From a phage: 64,000 nucleotides of DNA. Positions 15,628 to 25,009 of the stretch are shown here, one piece after another. A model generated the notes under the pieces. It had not been told where the DNA came from. It made no database searches and worked only from the letters and a program-made list of their open reading frames with translations. The DNA lies in the sequence record PX104378.1, one strand, 5' to 3'. Position 1 is the stretch's first letter, and the number at the start of each line of letters is the position of its first letter. The position numbers and the translations under genes are program-made.

Positions 15628-16797
15628 TTACCAATCAATCTTATCAGCCGGAATTAGTTTCTTATAATTCCGTAGATAGTAAGTTTTCATTGAAGCCAGA
15701 ATACGGTCATAATCAAGACCATCAAATGCAATCATCAGACACATGAAAATATATGCTTGTGCATCACCATGTTTACGTGATTCGATAGTCGCATTGGATG
15801 CATATGTCTTTCTGTCTTCTCCCGCGTGTGCGTTATAAAATTCTGTTGCTGTCGTAAAGGCATTGCGAAGAATGGACCTGAATGCTTCCTCGAATAGCTC
15901 GATTCGTTCCAGTGCTTCCGGTTCGCCTTCATATGCAGCACGCAAATCATCGGTTTCGCTTTCTACGACATAGTAGATCAGGTTATTAGGAAACATCGAT
16001 GTGTTTTTAATGTTATGCACACCAATATACCATTCACTCTTCACCTTGAACATTTGACCGTCTTTAGTGCGTGCAACAATTCCTTCGATACCTTCTGCGG
16101 TCCTAACTTCATCAAGAATATTGCTAAAACGCGCTGAATCAACCTGTAACGCATTTACCATATGAGGACGTAGGATTGCATCAGCAAATAGCATTTGATG
16201 CGGTACATACTCTCCTGTGACGTTATGGCGTACATTCAGAAGTGTCAGCGACGGTTCAGAATATTCTACAACAATTCGGTTGCTGGGTGCTGTATATTCA
16301 AAGTTGAAAGTATAATCAGACCCAATATCGGCGATCTTAGCGCGTAGATCCGCATACTTCTCTGAATACAGAAGACCGTTTGCTCTCTCTGCCTGGCTTG
16401 AGTACAAGGCCGCTTTAGACTTCAACTGAACATAGCCGTTATCAATGTATGTGCTTACTAGACTACCGTCCATTTTGTCCATGACCATTTCCACATCTTC
16501 CGGCTTAAAGCGAGCGCGATCATTCTCACCCAAATTAAAAAACTTCTCCATAGGACGAGATGCAATGCGGACCGGACGACCTTTATCGTCAATTTCAAAC
16601 ATGATCCCGCGACACTCTAACGCATCTGGTTTATTCCACATTTCCGGTTTGCTCAAGTACAGATAGCTAAAAATGCGCATACGGGTTTGCATCGCCGTAA
16701 TTTCATCTTTGTAATAGAACGTATCAGATCCGTCACATAGTGCCATCAGATTTTTGAACAATGCTAAAATTTTTTTGTTGTTTTCTTTTGTTGACAT
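15628..16797 (-). CDS. rnlA: RNA ligase 1
   Basis: 389 aa; DALECRGIMFE..VRIASRPMEKFFNLGEN and FEYTAPSNRIV match recalled T4 Rnl1 (gp63). Confidence 0.9.
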   Translation of the reverse strand: MSTKENNKKILALFKNLMALCDGSDTFYYKDEITAMQTRMRIFSYLYLSKPEMWNKPDALECRGIMFEIDDKGRPVRIASRPMEKFFNLGENDRARFKPEDVEMVMDKMDGSLVSTYIDNGYVQLKSKAALYSSQAERANGLLYSEKYADLRAKIADIGSDYTFNFEYTAPSNRIVVEYSEPSLTLLNVRHNVTGEYVPHQMLFADAILRPHMVNALQVDSARFSNILDEVRTAEGIEGIVARTKDGQMFKVKSEWYIGVHNIKNTSMFPNNLIYYVVESETDDLRAAYEGEPEALERIELFEEAFRSILRNAFTTATEFYNAHAGEDRKTYASNATIESRKHGDAQAYIFMCLMIAFDGLDYDRILASMKTYYLRNYKKLIPADKIDW

Positions 16798-17194
16798 AAT
16801 TTGTGTTCCATTCCGGTTTAAATTTGGTGATCAAAACAGGTTCTTCGATATCGGCAGTGCTTATAATATCTTTACCCGTTGGATTCTCTATGTACAACTC
16901 AAAGCACTGGCGGTAATAGAATGTTACTGTCTTCCCTTCCTCTAGCGCCTTATGAATATTCTTACTCTTGCGAGTATCCGCCGTTGGTGTCTGTCTGTTA
17001 ATGCTAGTCCGGTAATAGTTGATCCGCTTTCTGAGATTAACAGTCTGACCAATATATACCAGTTCATCATCAACCACAATAGCGTAAAGAACATTTAAAC
17101 GGTTCTTCTGAGGCGGTAGAATCACATCACCATCTTTACACTCTAAACATGAATATTTAACGAATCCATAGTTTTCTATTAGCTCATTAATCAT
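16733..17194 (-). CDS. denA: endonuclease II (GIY-YIG)
   Basis: VLYAIVVDDELVYIGQTVNLRKRINYYRTSINR nearly identical to recalled T4 DenA; 3' end overlaps rnlA start by 65 nt. Confidence 0.8.
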   Translation of the reverse strand: MINELIENYGFVKYSCLECKDGDVILPPQKNRLNVLYAIVVDDELVYIGQTVNLRKRINYYRTSINRQTPTADTRKSKNIHKALEEGKTVTFYYRQCFELYIENPTGKDIISTADIEEPVLITKFKPEWNTNYVNKRKQQKNFSIVQKSDGTM

Positions 17195-17218
17195 TATCCT
17201 TTCCTCACGTCACAACAA

Positions 17219-17238
17219 AGGCGGGATTTCTCCCGCCC
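17219..17238 (-). terminator. rho-independent terminator
   Basis: GGCGGGA-TTTC-TCCCGCC hairpin followed by UUUGUUGUG. Confidence 0.55.
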
Positions 17239-17244
17239 ACCTTA

Positions 17245-17643
17245 TTAACTTTCCAGAATATCGCGAGCTTCGTTACGCTCCTTGATGATTTTCAGGACAA
17301 ATTCCAGTTTTTCTTTGTTCAGTGTTCCGTTTTCCATTGCTTCTTTGACGGTAAACACTCCGCCACCTTGCCCGTATACAGTGACAGTGATTTCACCTAA
17401 CATCGTGGTATGAAAACCGCCAATTTTCGGTGATTCGAAAGAAACAATTACCTCGCGGACAGTATTACCGTCGTTGATTTCTGAGAGGGTAATGTCGTTT
17501 TTGTAGGCGGTTGCTTTAACCATACGGATCAGCATAGTCTGATCTGGGGAGATGGTCATTTTGTCCATTGCATGTTGCAATGCAGCGTAACCGAAAACTT
17601 TAACGAAATCCAGAACGTCTTTGCGAGTTTGAAATTTAATCAT
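17245..17643 (-). CDS. hypothetical protein (132 aa)
   Basis: ORF behind cassette leader TAAGGAGTATCAAGATG. Confidence 0.55.
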   Translation of the reverse strand: MIKFQTRKDVLDFVKVFGYAALQHAMDKMTISPDQTMLIRMVKATAYKNDITLSEINDGNTVREVIVSFESPKIGGFHTTMLGEITVTVYGQGGGVFTVKEAMENGTLNKEKLEFVLKIIKERNEARDILES

Positions 17644-17684
17644 CTTGATACTCCTTAGTAAGTTAGTTTCGTTTCGATGGGGGT

Positions 17685-17713
17685 ATATTACTACCCCCGT
17701 TCCATGCTGTCAA
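17685..17713 (-). promoter_or_regulatory. sigma70-type early promoter cassette
   Basis: TTGACA-N17-TAATAT with GGGGGTAGTAATATACCCCC stem-loop. Confidence 0.5.
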
Positions 17714-17932
17714 CTACTTTTTAATGACAAGTTCGAATTTTGCTACCTTGCGTCCTCTTTTATTGAAAGCAACCCACGGACGGTTTTCAATGTAGAACAA
17801 TTCTTCGCCAATAAAGAATACTGGCTGATTGTAAAGGCGACCCATCAGGTCACGCTGGCGAATGGTAGTAGATTCGTATACTTCTCCTACTACAAAGTGT
17901 TTGCTGATAGAGTCGGTGCAAGTAAATTTCAT
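17714..17932 (-). CDS. hypothetical protein (72 aa)
   Basis: ORF behind cassette leader AGGAGAATCAAAATG. Confidence 0.5.
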   Translation of the reverse strand: MKFTCTDSISKHFVVGEVYESTTIRQRDLMGRLYNQPVFFIGEELFYIENRPWVAFNKRGRKVAKFELVIKK

Positions 17933-17965
17933 TTTGATTCTCCTTTGTTTCTTTTCGATGGGGGT

Positions 17966-17994
17966 ATATTACTACCCCCGTTATTCAGTGTCAA
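17966..17994 (-). promoter_or_regulatory. sigma70-type early promoter cassette
   Basis: TTGACA-N17-TAATAT; near-duplicate of the cassette at 17685. Confidence 0.5.
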
Positions 17995-18001
17995 CTACTT
18001 T

Positions 18002-18220
18002 TTACTTGTTGTATTCATTCCACCATTGGGTGAGCTTATCAATTATTTTTGTGTTTCTATCCAACTTATCCCACCGTTTTCGAGGGTTTATCAACCGGAA
18101 TAGGTAAGGTGTACTTGTTAAGTGGACTCGGTCAATATAGTGATTGATGTACTGTTTTTCGATTCTAAGTTTCATCTTTTTACGATGAAAATATGCAATG
18201 ACTTGTTCTTCTGTTTCCAT
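18002..18220 (-). CDS. hypothetical protein (72 aa)
   Basis: ORF with GGAGGAA SD. Confidence 0.5.
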   Translation of the reverse strand: METEEQVIAYFHRKKMKLRIEKQYINHYIDRVHLTSTPYLFRLINPRKRWDKLDRNTKIIDKLTQWWNEYNK

Positions 18221-18244
18221 ATGTTCCTCCGTTTCGATGTGCGT

Positions 18245-18273
18245 ATTATGCTATGGCAAGATCCTATTGTCAA
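18245..18273 (-). promoter_or_regulatory. sigma70-type early promoter cassette
   Basis: TTGACA-N17-CATAAT on minus strand. Confidence 0.5.
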
Positions 18274-18320
18274 CACCCAATAACAAAAAAGTCGCCACTA
18301 TGGGCGACTTTGAACAAACA

Positions 18321-18797
18321 TTAATCATGACCGTGATTTGCAATATCCGCTCGCGTCGTATCTTTGTGATTTCCTACGTCAAAGACACGATAACCATTTT
18401 CACGCAAAACTTTAATCACTTCTGGGTTATCTTCGAATACTCCCACCACTTCATCTTTATCAAATGATTTAATTACTTCCAGTTTGATGTGATAGTCTTT
18501 ACGGGAATCGGTACGGCCTCTCATAAAGATTTTATCAAAACACACCCCGTTAGAAATTAACCAATCCAGTGTTTCCATGTAAGCATGTGAACTTCGTCCG
18601 GTGAGGATGTAAATCAAATGCCCGTTGTCGGAAAGAGCATTGATAACACGGATTACATCGTAAATGGGGGAATCTCCCCCACATGCCTTGTTATATTCGA
18701 TCCATGACTCGACTTTATCAAGATTTTCGGTTGGCATCTTTGCTAGTCGATGCGTTGGATCTGTGATCGTAAAATCTAAATCGACAAAATATATCAT
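18321..18797 (-). CDS. HAD-superfamily phosphatase-like protein
   Basis: 158 aa; N-terminal FVDLDFTIT (DxDxT), later LTGRS and DNPEV; resembles the Pnk phosphatase domain; 4-nt overlap with nrdB. Confidence 0.55.
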   Translation of the reverse strand: MIYFVDLDFTITDPTHRLAKMPTENLDKVESWIEYNKACGGDSPIYDVIRVINALSDNGHLIYILTGRSSHAYMETLDWLISNGVCFDKIFMRGRTDSRKDYHIKLEVIKSFDKDEVVGVFEDNPEVIKVLRENGYRVFDVGNHKDTTRADIANHGHD

Positions 18798-19954
18798 AGA
18801 TATTTCCCGAATCGGTTGTAGTCGTCGTCTGTTAAATCGGTATTAACCTGAGATACCAGATACATGATCTCTACTTCTTGCGCCGCGTTTTGAACTTCGT
18901 CAGAGTTTAACCACTTACGCATCCACGGTAAAGGATGACGACGAACACTAAACGGGCTTTTCAGTCCGGCAGCACGCATACGGGAATCTGCCAGGTATTC
19001 TACATAGGTTTTCAGAATTTCCGGTGACAGATTAGGAATTGCCCCCATTGCGAATAAGTGATCTACCCATTCTTTTTCTTGCTCGACAACATCCAGAAAG
19101 ATTTTCGTTGCTTCGTCTTCAAGTTCTTCCGCAATCTGTTTCCACTCATCACCATCAGCCCCCGTTTGCCATTGACGAATAATGTATTGTGTGCCTTTTA
19201 AGTGAAGTTGTTCATCACGCGCAATAAATTTCATGATCTTCGCGTTGCCTTCCAGTAAACCACGTTCGGCAAAGCTGAAAGTACACGCAAAGGACACATA
19301 AAAACGGATTGCTTCCAGTGCATTGACGCAGTGTGCACACAGATAAATCGAAGCCATCAGATCTCGTTTTGTATCTTCAAAAAATCTTCTTGCATCATCT
19401 AATGCTGTCGGGTCGTCTCGTTCTTCCCAATAGCGGAGATCTTCTTTTGCGTTCTCATACTTACGAATCCAATAGAGAACATCATCATAATATTGCCCGA
19501 TAGATTCTGCTCGCTTCATGATAGCCGGGTTATCGATGATCTGGTCGAACTCACTAGCCGGATCAATGAAACAGTTACGCATAATGTGAGTATAACTGCG
19601 GCTATGAATCGTTTCGCTGAATGTCCATGTTTGCAACCATGTATCAAGAGTCGGATCGGATACAATTGGACCAAATGCTGCGGACGGTGCGCGACCTTGA
19701 ATAGAATCAAGTAATGTCTGATACTTCAAGTTTTCTGTGAAGAAACGCTTTTCAACGTCACCCATATTAAGATATTGAATACGGTCGGTTGCAAGTGAAA
19801 TTTCTTCGGGACGCCAGAAAAATGACAGAGATTTTTCGATCAGTTCTTCAAATACTTGATGACGCTGAATATCATAGCGAGCGATACCCAACCCACTACC
19901 CAGAAACATCGGTTCGTTCATAATATCAACATGTTCGCGGTTAAATACGCTCAT
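18794..19954 (-). CDS. nrdB: ribonucleotide reductase beta subunit
   Basis: 386 aa; uninterrupted ORF, so no intron as in T4 nrdB; class Ia R2 size and sequence character. Confidence 0.85.
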   Translation of the reverse strand: MSVFNREHVDIMNEPMFLGSGLGIARYDIQRHQVFEELIEKSLSFFWRPEEISLATDRIQYLNMGDVEKRFFTENLKYQTLLDSIQGRAPSAAFGPIVSDPTLDTWLQTWTFSETIHSRSYTHIMRNCFIDPASEFDQIIDNPAIMKRAESIGQYYDDVLYWIRKYENAKEDLRYWEERDDPTALDDARRFFEDTKRDLMASIYLCAHCVNALEAIRFYVSFACTFSFAERGLLEGNAKIMKFIARDEQLHLKGTQYIIRQWQTGADGDEWKQIAEELEDEATKIFLDVVEQEKEWVDHLFAMGAIPNLSPEILKTYVEYLADSRMRAAGLKSPFSVRRHPLPWMRKWLNSDEVQNAAQEVEIMYLVSQVNTDLTDDDYNRFGKYL

Positions 19955-19969
19955 TAATTCACCTCACTA

Positions 19970-20137
19970 TCACTTTTTAACACAAAAGAACTTAGTATTT
20001 CTGTTTATTTCGTTATCCTGTTGCAATTCCTGCACGGCTTCAAAACAACTTTGATGTGATGAAAACTCCACGCTGGTAACAGTTCCTTTATTATATAAGC
20101 CTACGCTAACGGAAAGCAATAACCATATTGTGGCCAT
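19970..20137 (-). CDS. small protein with hydrophobic N-terminus (55 aa), paralog A
   Basis: MATIWLLLSVSVGLYNKG...; 1-nt stop/start overlap with paralog B. Confidence 0.4.
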   Translation of the reverse strand: MATIWLLLSVSVGLYNKGTVTSVEFSSHQSCFEAVQELQQDNEINRNTKFFCVKK

Positions 20138-20310
20138 TAGTTCACCTTCTGCTTTTCAACACAGTACAGATTCATAAAGCGTTTATTGTCTTCGCGGATA
20201 ATCTCGCGAGCTTTAACGCAATCCTGCTTTGTTGCAAATTCAATGCTTGACATATTTCCGTAATTATACATTGAATTGCTGATTGCAATCAATAACCATA
20301 CAGTAGCCAT
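20137..20310 (-). CDS. small protein with hydrophobic N-terminus (57 aa), paralog B
   Basis: MATVWLLIAISNSMYNYG...; shares MAT-WLL, S-EF and C..K pattern with paralog A. Confidence 0.4.
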   Translation of the reverse strand: MATVWLLIAISNSMYNYGNMSSIEFATKQDCVKAREIIREDNKRFMNLYCVEKQKVN

Positions 20311-20477
20311 TATTCGACAACCTCAAAGCATTTATCATCAGGAAGAATAGCCCATTCTACGCCGTATTCATCCTCAACGTAGTAGCAAGCCCCATCATGT
20401 CGAGCATCATATACATCACCGACAACAAAGCTATCGGCTAGTTCAAAATCTACAGCAACACATTTTAATTTGATCAT
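20310..20477 (-). CDS. small hypothetical protein (55 aa)
   Basis: start at internal ATG (MIKLKC) with GAGGA SD. Confidence 0.45.
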   Translation of the reverse strand: MIKLKCVAVDFELADSFVVGDVYDARHDGACYYVEDEYGVEWAILPDDKCFEVVE

Positions 20478-20508
20478 AATAAAATCCTCACTTGTTTTTG
20501 ATGGTTGA

Positions 20509-20537
20509 ATTATAGCGGGGATTTCTCCCCGCGTCAA
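20509..20537 (-). promoter_or_regulatory. sigma70-type early promoter cassette
   Basis: TTGACG-CGGGGAGAAATCCCCGC(17)-TATAAT immediately after nrdA stop. Confidence 0.55.
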
Positions 20538-20545
20538 CACTTATT

Positions 20546-22789
20546 TTACAGCTTGCAAGATGAACATTCGCTAGCGTCTTCCGTACCATCAGCACCATCA
20601 CGCACGTTAGCGTAATACAGTGTCTTGAGGCCGTAATATTGAGCAAACAACATATCATCTAATACATCAGCAATATCGACTTTACCAGTCTTATAAGTGC
20701 TTGGATCGTAGGATGTATTGGAACTAATCGCCTGATCTACAAACTTCTGCATGATCGCTGCCAGTGTCAGATAAGGCTTGTTACCTTTCTTGATCAGTGT
20801 CCAAAGCAGGTCAATAACATCAGCATTATTCTCTACGTTCGGAATAACCTGATTAAATTGCCCTTCTTTCGATCCTTTAACCGATACAATCCCGCGAGGC
20901 GGTTCAATACCGTTTGTACTGTTAGACACCTGAGAAGACGACTCACAAGGCATCAGCGCCGAAAGCGTACTGTTACGAATGCCATATTTTTTCAGGTCTT
21001 CGCGCAGTTCTTCCCAATCCATCTCATACACCGGGTCAACCAGTTCATCTACTGTCTTTTTGTACCAGTCGATAGGCAGTTCACCGCGTCCATAACGTGT
21101 TTCGTGTATCAGTTCGCAAGCACCTTTCTCTTTAGCCAGTTGCACACTAGCCTTAATCAGAGCATATTGCAAGCGTTCAAACGTTTTATGCGTAAACTCG
21201 TTAGCGTCTTCATATGTGAAGAAATTATCCGCCAGATATGATGCAAAGTTAGTCACACCAACACCCAGAGAGCGACGTTTTTTGGCTGTCAGAGCTTGTT
21301 CTACAGGATAATCCTGATAATCTAACAGGTTGTCAAGTGCACGCACCATAACCATAGCGATCCGCTCTACTTCTTCCATATTTTCGATATCGAAATTACC
21401 TAAAACATATGCTGCCAAAGTACATAGGCTGATCTCTGAATCATCACGACCCATCGGTTTTGTCGGCAGAGCAATTTCACAACACAGGTTAGATTGTTTA
21501 ATCGGTGCTACATTACGAATAAACGCCCCGTGATTGTTCATGTTGTCTGTGAACGCTGGATAGATTCGACCAGTGTTAAAACGTTCAATTGCCACCGCTA
21601 AAAACAGGTCTTCGGCTTTAACACGAGTTTTACGAACACTCGGATCTTTTTCCAGTTTTTCGTAAAGCTGGCGGAAACCTTCCTCATCTCGGAAGTACAG
21701 ATCCCACAACAAGCCACCCGCAACATCTGGACTAAACAGAGTAATGTAATCCCGTTTAAGGAATCGCTCTACCATCAGGTTATTAATCTGTACGCCGTAG
21801 TCAAGATGGCGAATGCGGTTATCTTCCACGCCCTTATTGTTCTTTAACACAATCAGACTTTCAAACTCTAAATGCCACATTGGGTAATAGAGTGTCGCTG
21901 CCCCGCCACGAATACCGCCTTGTGAGCATGACTTAACGGCAGTCTGAAAATGTTTCCAGAATGGGATAACGCCAGTATGACGAACTTCACCATGCCCGAT
22001 CTTAGATCCTTCCGCGCGAATCATACCAGCATTGATACCGATGCCAGCACGCTTGCTAATATACTTGATGATTGCATTTGCGGTTTCATTAATACCCTGC
22101 AATGAATCATCAGATTCGATCACCACACACGAACTAAATTGTCGTGTTGGAGTACGCACACCAGCCATAATCGGAGTAGGCAGAGAGATTTGCTTATTCG
22201 CAACAGCATTATAAAAATCAATCACATGTTCAAGTCGATTTTCTGTCTCTTCTTGATGCAAGCACATACCGATCAGCATATACGCAAATTGCGGTGTTTC
22301 GATGATTTTCTTAGTGCTGCGATCCTGAACAAGATACTTCTCTTTTAACTGCATTGCACCCGCATAGGTCATTTTAAAATCAAGTTTATGGTCGATGAAT
22401 TTCTCCAGATATTCCACTTCTTCACGGGAATATTTTTGCAGAATTTCGCGATCATATTTTCCGGTTGCAATATTACGCTCAATATGGCTATAAAAATCAA
22501 TAGGTTGGAATTGACCGTATACTGATTTACGAAGTGCGAACATTGCAAGGTTACTTGCTACATATTGATAATCAGGTGTTTCTACAGTAATGTTATCTGC
22601 GGCGACCTTAATCAATACTTTCTGGATATCATTGGTAGACATACCTTCTGTCAGAAGTGGTTCAACCATATCAAACAATTCATATGGATCAACGTTATGA
22701 CCTTCGGCTGCCGCTTCCAGAATTTTCATTACTTTTTCTTTTTCAAACGGAACAGTCAGACCGGAAGACTTAACAACATTTTTAATCAT
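20546..22789 (-). CDS. nrdA: ribonucleotide reductase alpha subunit
   Basis: 747 aa (T4 NrdA about 754); N-terminal ATP-cone; C-terminal Cys pair in SECSSCKL. Confidence 0.9.
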   Translation of the reverse strand: MIKNVVKSSGLTVPFEKEKVMKILEAAAEGHNVDPYELFDMVEPLLTEGMSTNDIQKVLIKVAADNITVETPDYQYVASNLAMFALRKSVYGQFQPIDFYSHIERNIATGKYDREILQKYSREEVEYLEKFIDHKLDFKMTYAGAMQLKEKYLVQDRSTKKIIETPQFAYMLIGMCLHQEETENRLEHVIDFYNAVANKQISLPTPIMAGVRTPTRQFSSCVVIESDDSLQGINETANAIIKYISKRAGIGINAGMIRAEGSKIGHGEVRHTGVIPFWKHFQTAVKSCSQGGIRGGAATLYYPMWHLEFESLIVLKNNKGVEDNRIRHLDYGVQINNLMVERFLKRDYITLFSPDVAGGLLWDLYFRDEEGFRQLYEKLEKDPSVRKTRVKAEDLFLAVAIERFNTGRIYPAFTDNMNNHGAFIRNVAPIKQSNLCCEIALPTKPMGRDDSEISLCTLAAYVLGNFDIENMEEVERIAMVMVRALDNLLDYQDYPVEQALTAKKRRSLGVGVTNFASYLADNFFTYEDANEFTHKTFERLQYALIKASVQLAKEKGACELIHETRYGRGELPIDWYKKTVDELVDPVYEMDWEELREDLKKYGIRNSTLSALMPCESSSQVSNSTNGIEPPRGIVSVKGSKEGQFNQVIPNVENNADVIDLLWTLIKKGNKPYLTLAAIMQKFVDQAISSNTSYDPSTYKTGKVDIADVLDDMLFAQYYGLKTLYYANVRDGADGTEDASECSSCKL

Positions 22790-22859
22790 ATTACCTCACT
22801 TCATATTTTAGCAGGAACAAGTTTATCCTCCATATTGGGGGGCTTTCGCCCCCTTTTGT

Positions 22860-24092
22860 TTATACTGCCATTTGAGCGGTGATTGCTGGATGGCTTTGAT
22901 AGTTGTGAATTTTAAAGTCTTTCGGAGTCTTTGTCAATACCTCATCTAAAGATTTAAATTCCGGCAACTCAATTGTTGGTTTATCAAACGGAACACGGCT
23001 TAACTGTTCAATAACTTGATCAAAATGGTTTTTGTAAATGTGAGTATCTCCACCAGAGAAAATCAGTTCTCCTACCTCAAGATCACACATTTTCGCTATG
23101 ATGTGAGTTAACAGCGCATAGCTGGCAACATTAAAGGGCAAGCCCAAAAAGCTGTCTACGCTTCGCTGAAACCACATACAAGACAGTTTACCTTCATTGA
23201 CATAGAATTGCACGAACGGATGACATACACCTAATACAGCATTATGTGTTCCTTGTACGTTCCATGAGTCAATAATGATCCGGCGATCCGTTGGATTGTT
23301 TTTAATTTGTTCAATCACGTTTTGTAATTGGTCTTCCCAAATCTTCGGGCGATAGACATATTCTTCATCGTCTTTAGTGCTCGATGTGTCTACGTCCATA
23401 CTAGCAAAAATCGTGGTATCTGGTGCTAAAATATCCCCACCCAGATAATCACTATCAAGTAGATAACCGAAATAACCATCATCTACCCATTCCTGGAATC
23501 CCCACAAGCAATATGCATCATTAACAAAATTAGATTGAGTCTTCCAGTGGTCTGCTACTAAGAATAGATTATATTCAGAATCAAACTCTTCATAACGCAT
23601 ACCACGCCAGATAGCACATAAACGGTCTTCTGTGTCGTTGGTTGGCGTAAAGTCTTCTACCCACGGGTGTTTAAATGTATGTGTATATTTGCTCTTAACG
23701 CGCTTAATTTTGATTTCACCGTGTGGGTGAATCGGTTTGCGTCGCCACGCCATACCATACATATTGCCGACATTATAACCATTGAATCGCAAAGGATTCT
23801 TTTCTTTCATATCAAGACAGTTGCCGCGCCAAATGTCGAAGGCTTCTTCGTCAAACTTACCGCGTGTAATTTCCTGTAAGCGACGGCGGTCAAGTGATCC
23901 CTCCATAAACCATATCAACTCGCCAATTACAGAGGCTGTAGCCATCTTTTTAGTGGTCAGTAAGGGGAAACCCTTTCTTAAATCAATTCGCATCTCTGCG
24001 CCGAATTTAGAGAGCGTACCTACCCCCGTGCGGTCTTCACGAGGCCAGCCATTATCAAGAACATCACGCAACAGTTTCAAATATTCTTTCAT
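22860..24092 (-). CDS. td: thymidylate synthase with large internal insertion
   Basis: 410 aa; TS motifs DRTGVGT, TTKK, DRRIIIDSWN, VCHPFVQFYV, GLPFNVASYALL; about 115 extra residues between the YG.AWRR and QLQNVIEQIK blocks. Confidence 0.8.
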   Translation of the reverse strand: MKEYLKLLRDVLDNGWPREDRTGVGTLSKFGAEMRIDLRKGFPLLTTKKMATASVIGELIWFMEGSLDRRRLQEITRGKFDEEAFDIWRGNCLDMKEKNPLRFNGYNVGNMYGMAWRRKPIHPHGEIKIKRVKSKYTHTFKHPWVEDFTPTNDTEDRLCAIWRGMRYEEFDSEYNLFLVADHWKTQSNFVNDAYCLWGFQEWVDDGYFGYLLDSDYLGGDILAPDTTIFASMDVDTSSTKDDEEYVYRPKIWEDQLQNVIEQIKNNPTDRRIIIDSWNVQGTHNAVLGVCHPFVQFYVNEGKLSCMWFQRSVDSFLGLPFNVASYALLTHIIAKMCDLEVGELIFSGGDTHIYKNHFDQVIEQLSRVPFDKPTIELPEFKSLDEVLTKTPKDFKIHNYQSHPAITAQMAV

Positions 24093-24333
24093 CCCACATC
24101 ACCTTTTTCTTATTGATTGCTTTCTTACGCAGTTTTGCGACTGTCTCGTCAATATCGATAAAGACAACGCCAGGATCGAATACAGTAACAGGTCTTGAAA
24201 TGTCGCTATTTTCCTGTACTGGAAGCCATGACGCTTTAGCTTCATCATAGAGATATTGTAACCCGTAATAATCTACGGCTACTGCGTAGTTTTCACTGGT
24301 AGCTGACCATAATTGAATAATGGTTATTTTCAT
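24064..24333 (-). CDS. hypothetical protein (89 aa)
   Basis: ORF overlapping td start by 29 nt; start taken at MKITIIQ. Confidence 0.4.
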   Translation of the reverse strand: MKITIIQLWSATSENYAVAVDYYGLQYLYDEAKASWLPVQENSDISRPVTVFDPGVVFIDIDETVAKLRKKAINKKKVMWDERIFETVA

Positions 24334-24425
24334 TATTGTTCCCGTCCACAATGTAAACACCGACTACCAGCAAACATCAAAGATTCACCACAATGTTTGC
24401 ACTCATAATCTGTCAGAATTTTCAT
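24333..24425 (-). CDS. tiny zinc-ribbon peptide (30 aa)
   Basis: MKILTDYECKHCGESLMFAGSRCLHCGREQ (two CxxC pairs); 1-nt overlaps with both neighbours; speculative. Confidence 0.3.
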   Translation of the reverse strand: MKILTDYECKHCGESLMFAGSRCLHCGREQ

Positions 24426-24426
24426 G

Positions 24427-24996
24427 TTACGCCTTCTTACGTTCCAAAATTTGCTCACTGATCAGGTAATTATCAAGGAAGTAATTATGTTCTTCTTTGG
24501 TTACAAAGTCAAAATATAATTCCTGAATCATTTCCTTAGAGATACCAACATCATATTCAAATGGATCGTTGATTCCTGAACGTTGAACATACGTTAACAC
24601 AATACGGTCCGAAAAGTCAACCGCTTTTTCAATCAGGGAAGGTCCACCGATAACACTTACCAAACCTTGCGTTTTCTCCAGGACTTTTAACAGATCCTTT
24701 AATTCAATTCCAGTATACACATCTGGTTGGTCGCCGTTTTTGGCTTTCGGTGTCGGCTTGCTGGCATCGGTACTAATAACCACATTCACACGACCTTCCA
24801 GTGCTTTAGGAAGACTTTCAAAGGTATTACGTCCCATTACAACCGCCGCAAGACCAACATCTCCCATAGTGCGCATTTTAAAGTTTTCCATATCTTTTTT
24901 GATTGGACGACCCCACGGTAAACCGCCTTTAAAACCAAACGCCCAATTTTCATCTGACATTTTAGTGTCACCAATCGCAAATACACATTGAATCAT
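24427..24996 (-). CDS. frd: dihydrofolate reductase
   Basis: 189 aa; GGLPWGRPIKKDMENFK, VVMGRNTFESLP, VIGGPSLIEKA (DHFR motifs). Confidence 0.85.
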   Translation of the reverse strand: MIQCVFAIGDTKMSDENWAFGFKGGLPWGRPIKKDMENFKMRTMGDVGLAAVVMGRNTFESLPKALEGRVNVVISTDASKPTPKAKNGDQPDVYTGIELKDLLKVLEKTQGLVSVIGGPSLIEKAVDFSDRIVLTYVQRSGINDPFEYDVGISKEMIQELYFDFVTKEEHNYFLDNYLISEQILERKKA

Positions 24997-25009
24997 AATA
25001 TATCTCCTA

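Noticed and set aside
22860-24092. Group I intron or intein in td, and intron in nrdB, as in T4
   Set aside because: Both ORFs are uninterrupted; the extra td residues are in frame with no stops and no intein boundary residues, so the insertion is treated as protein-coding.
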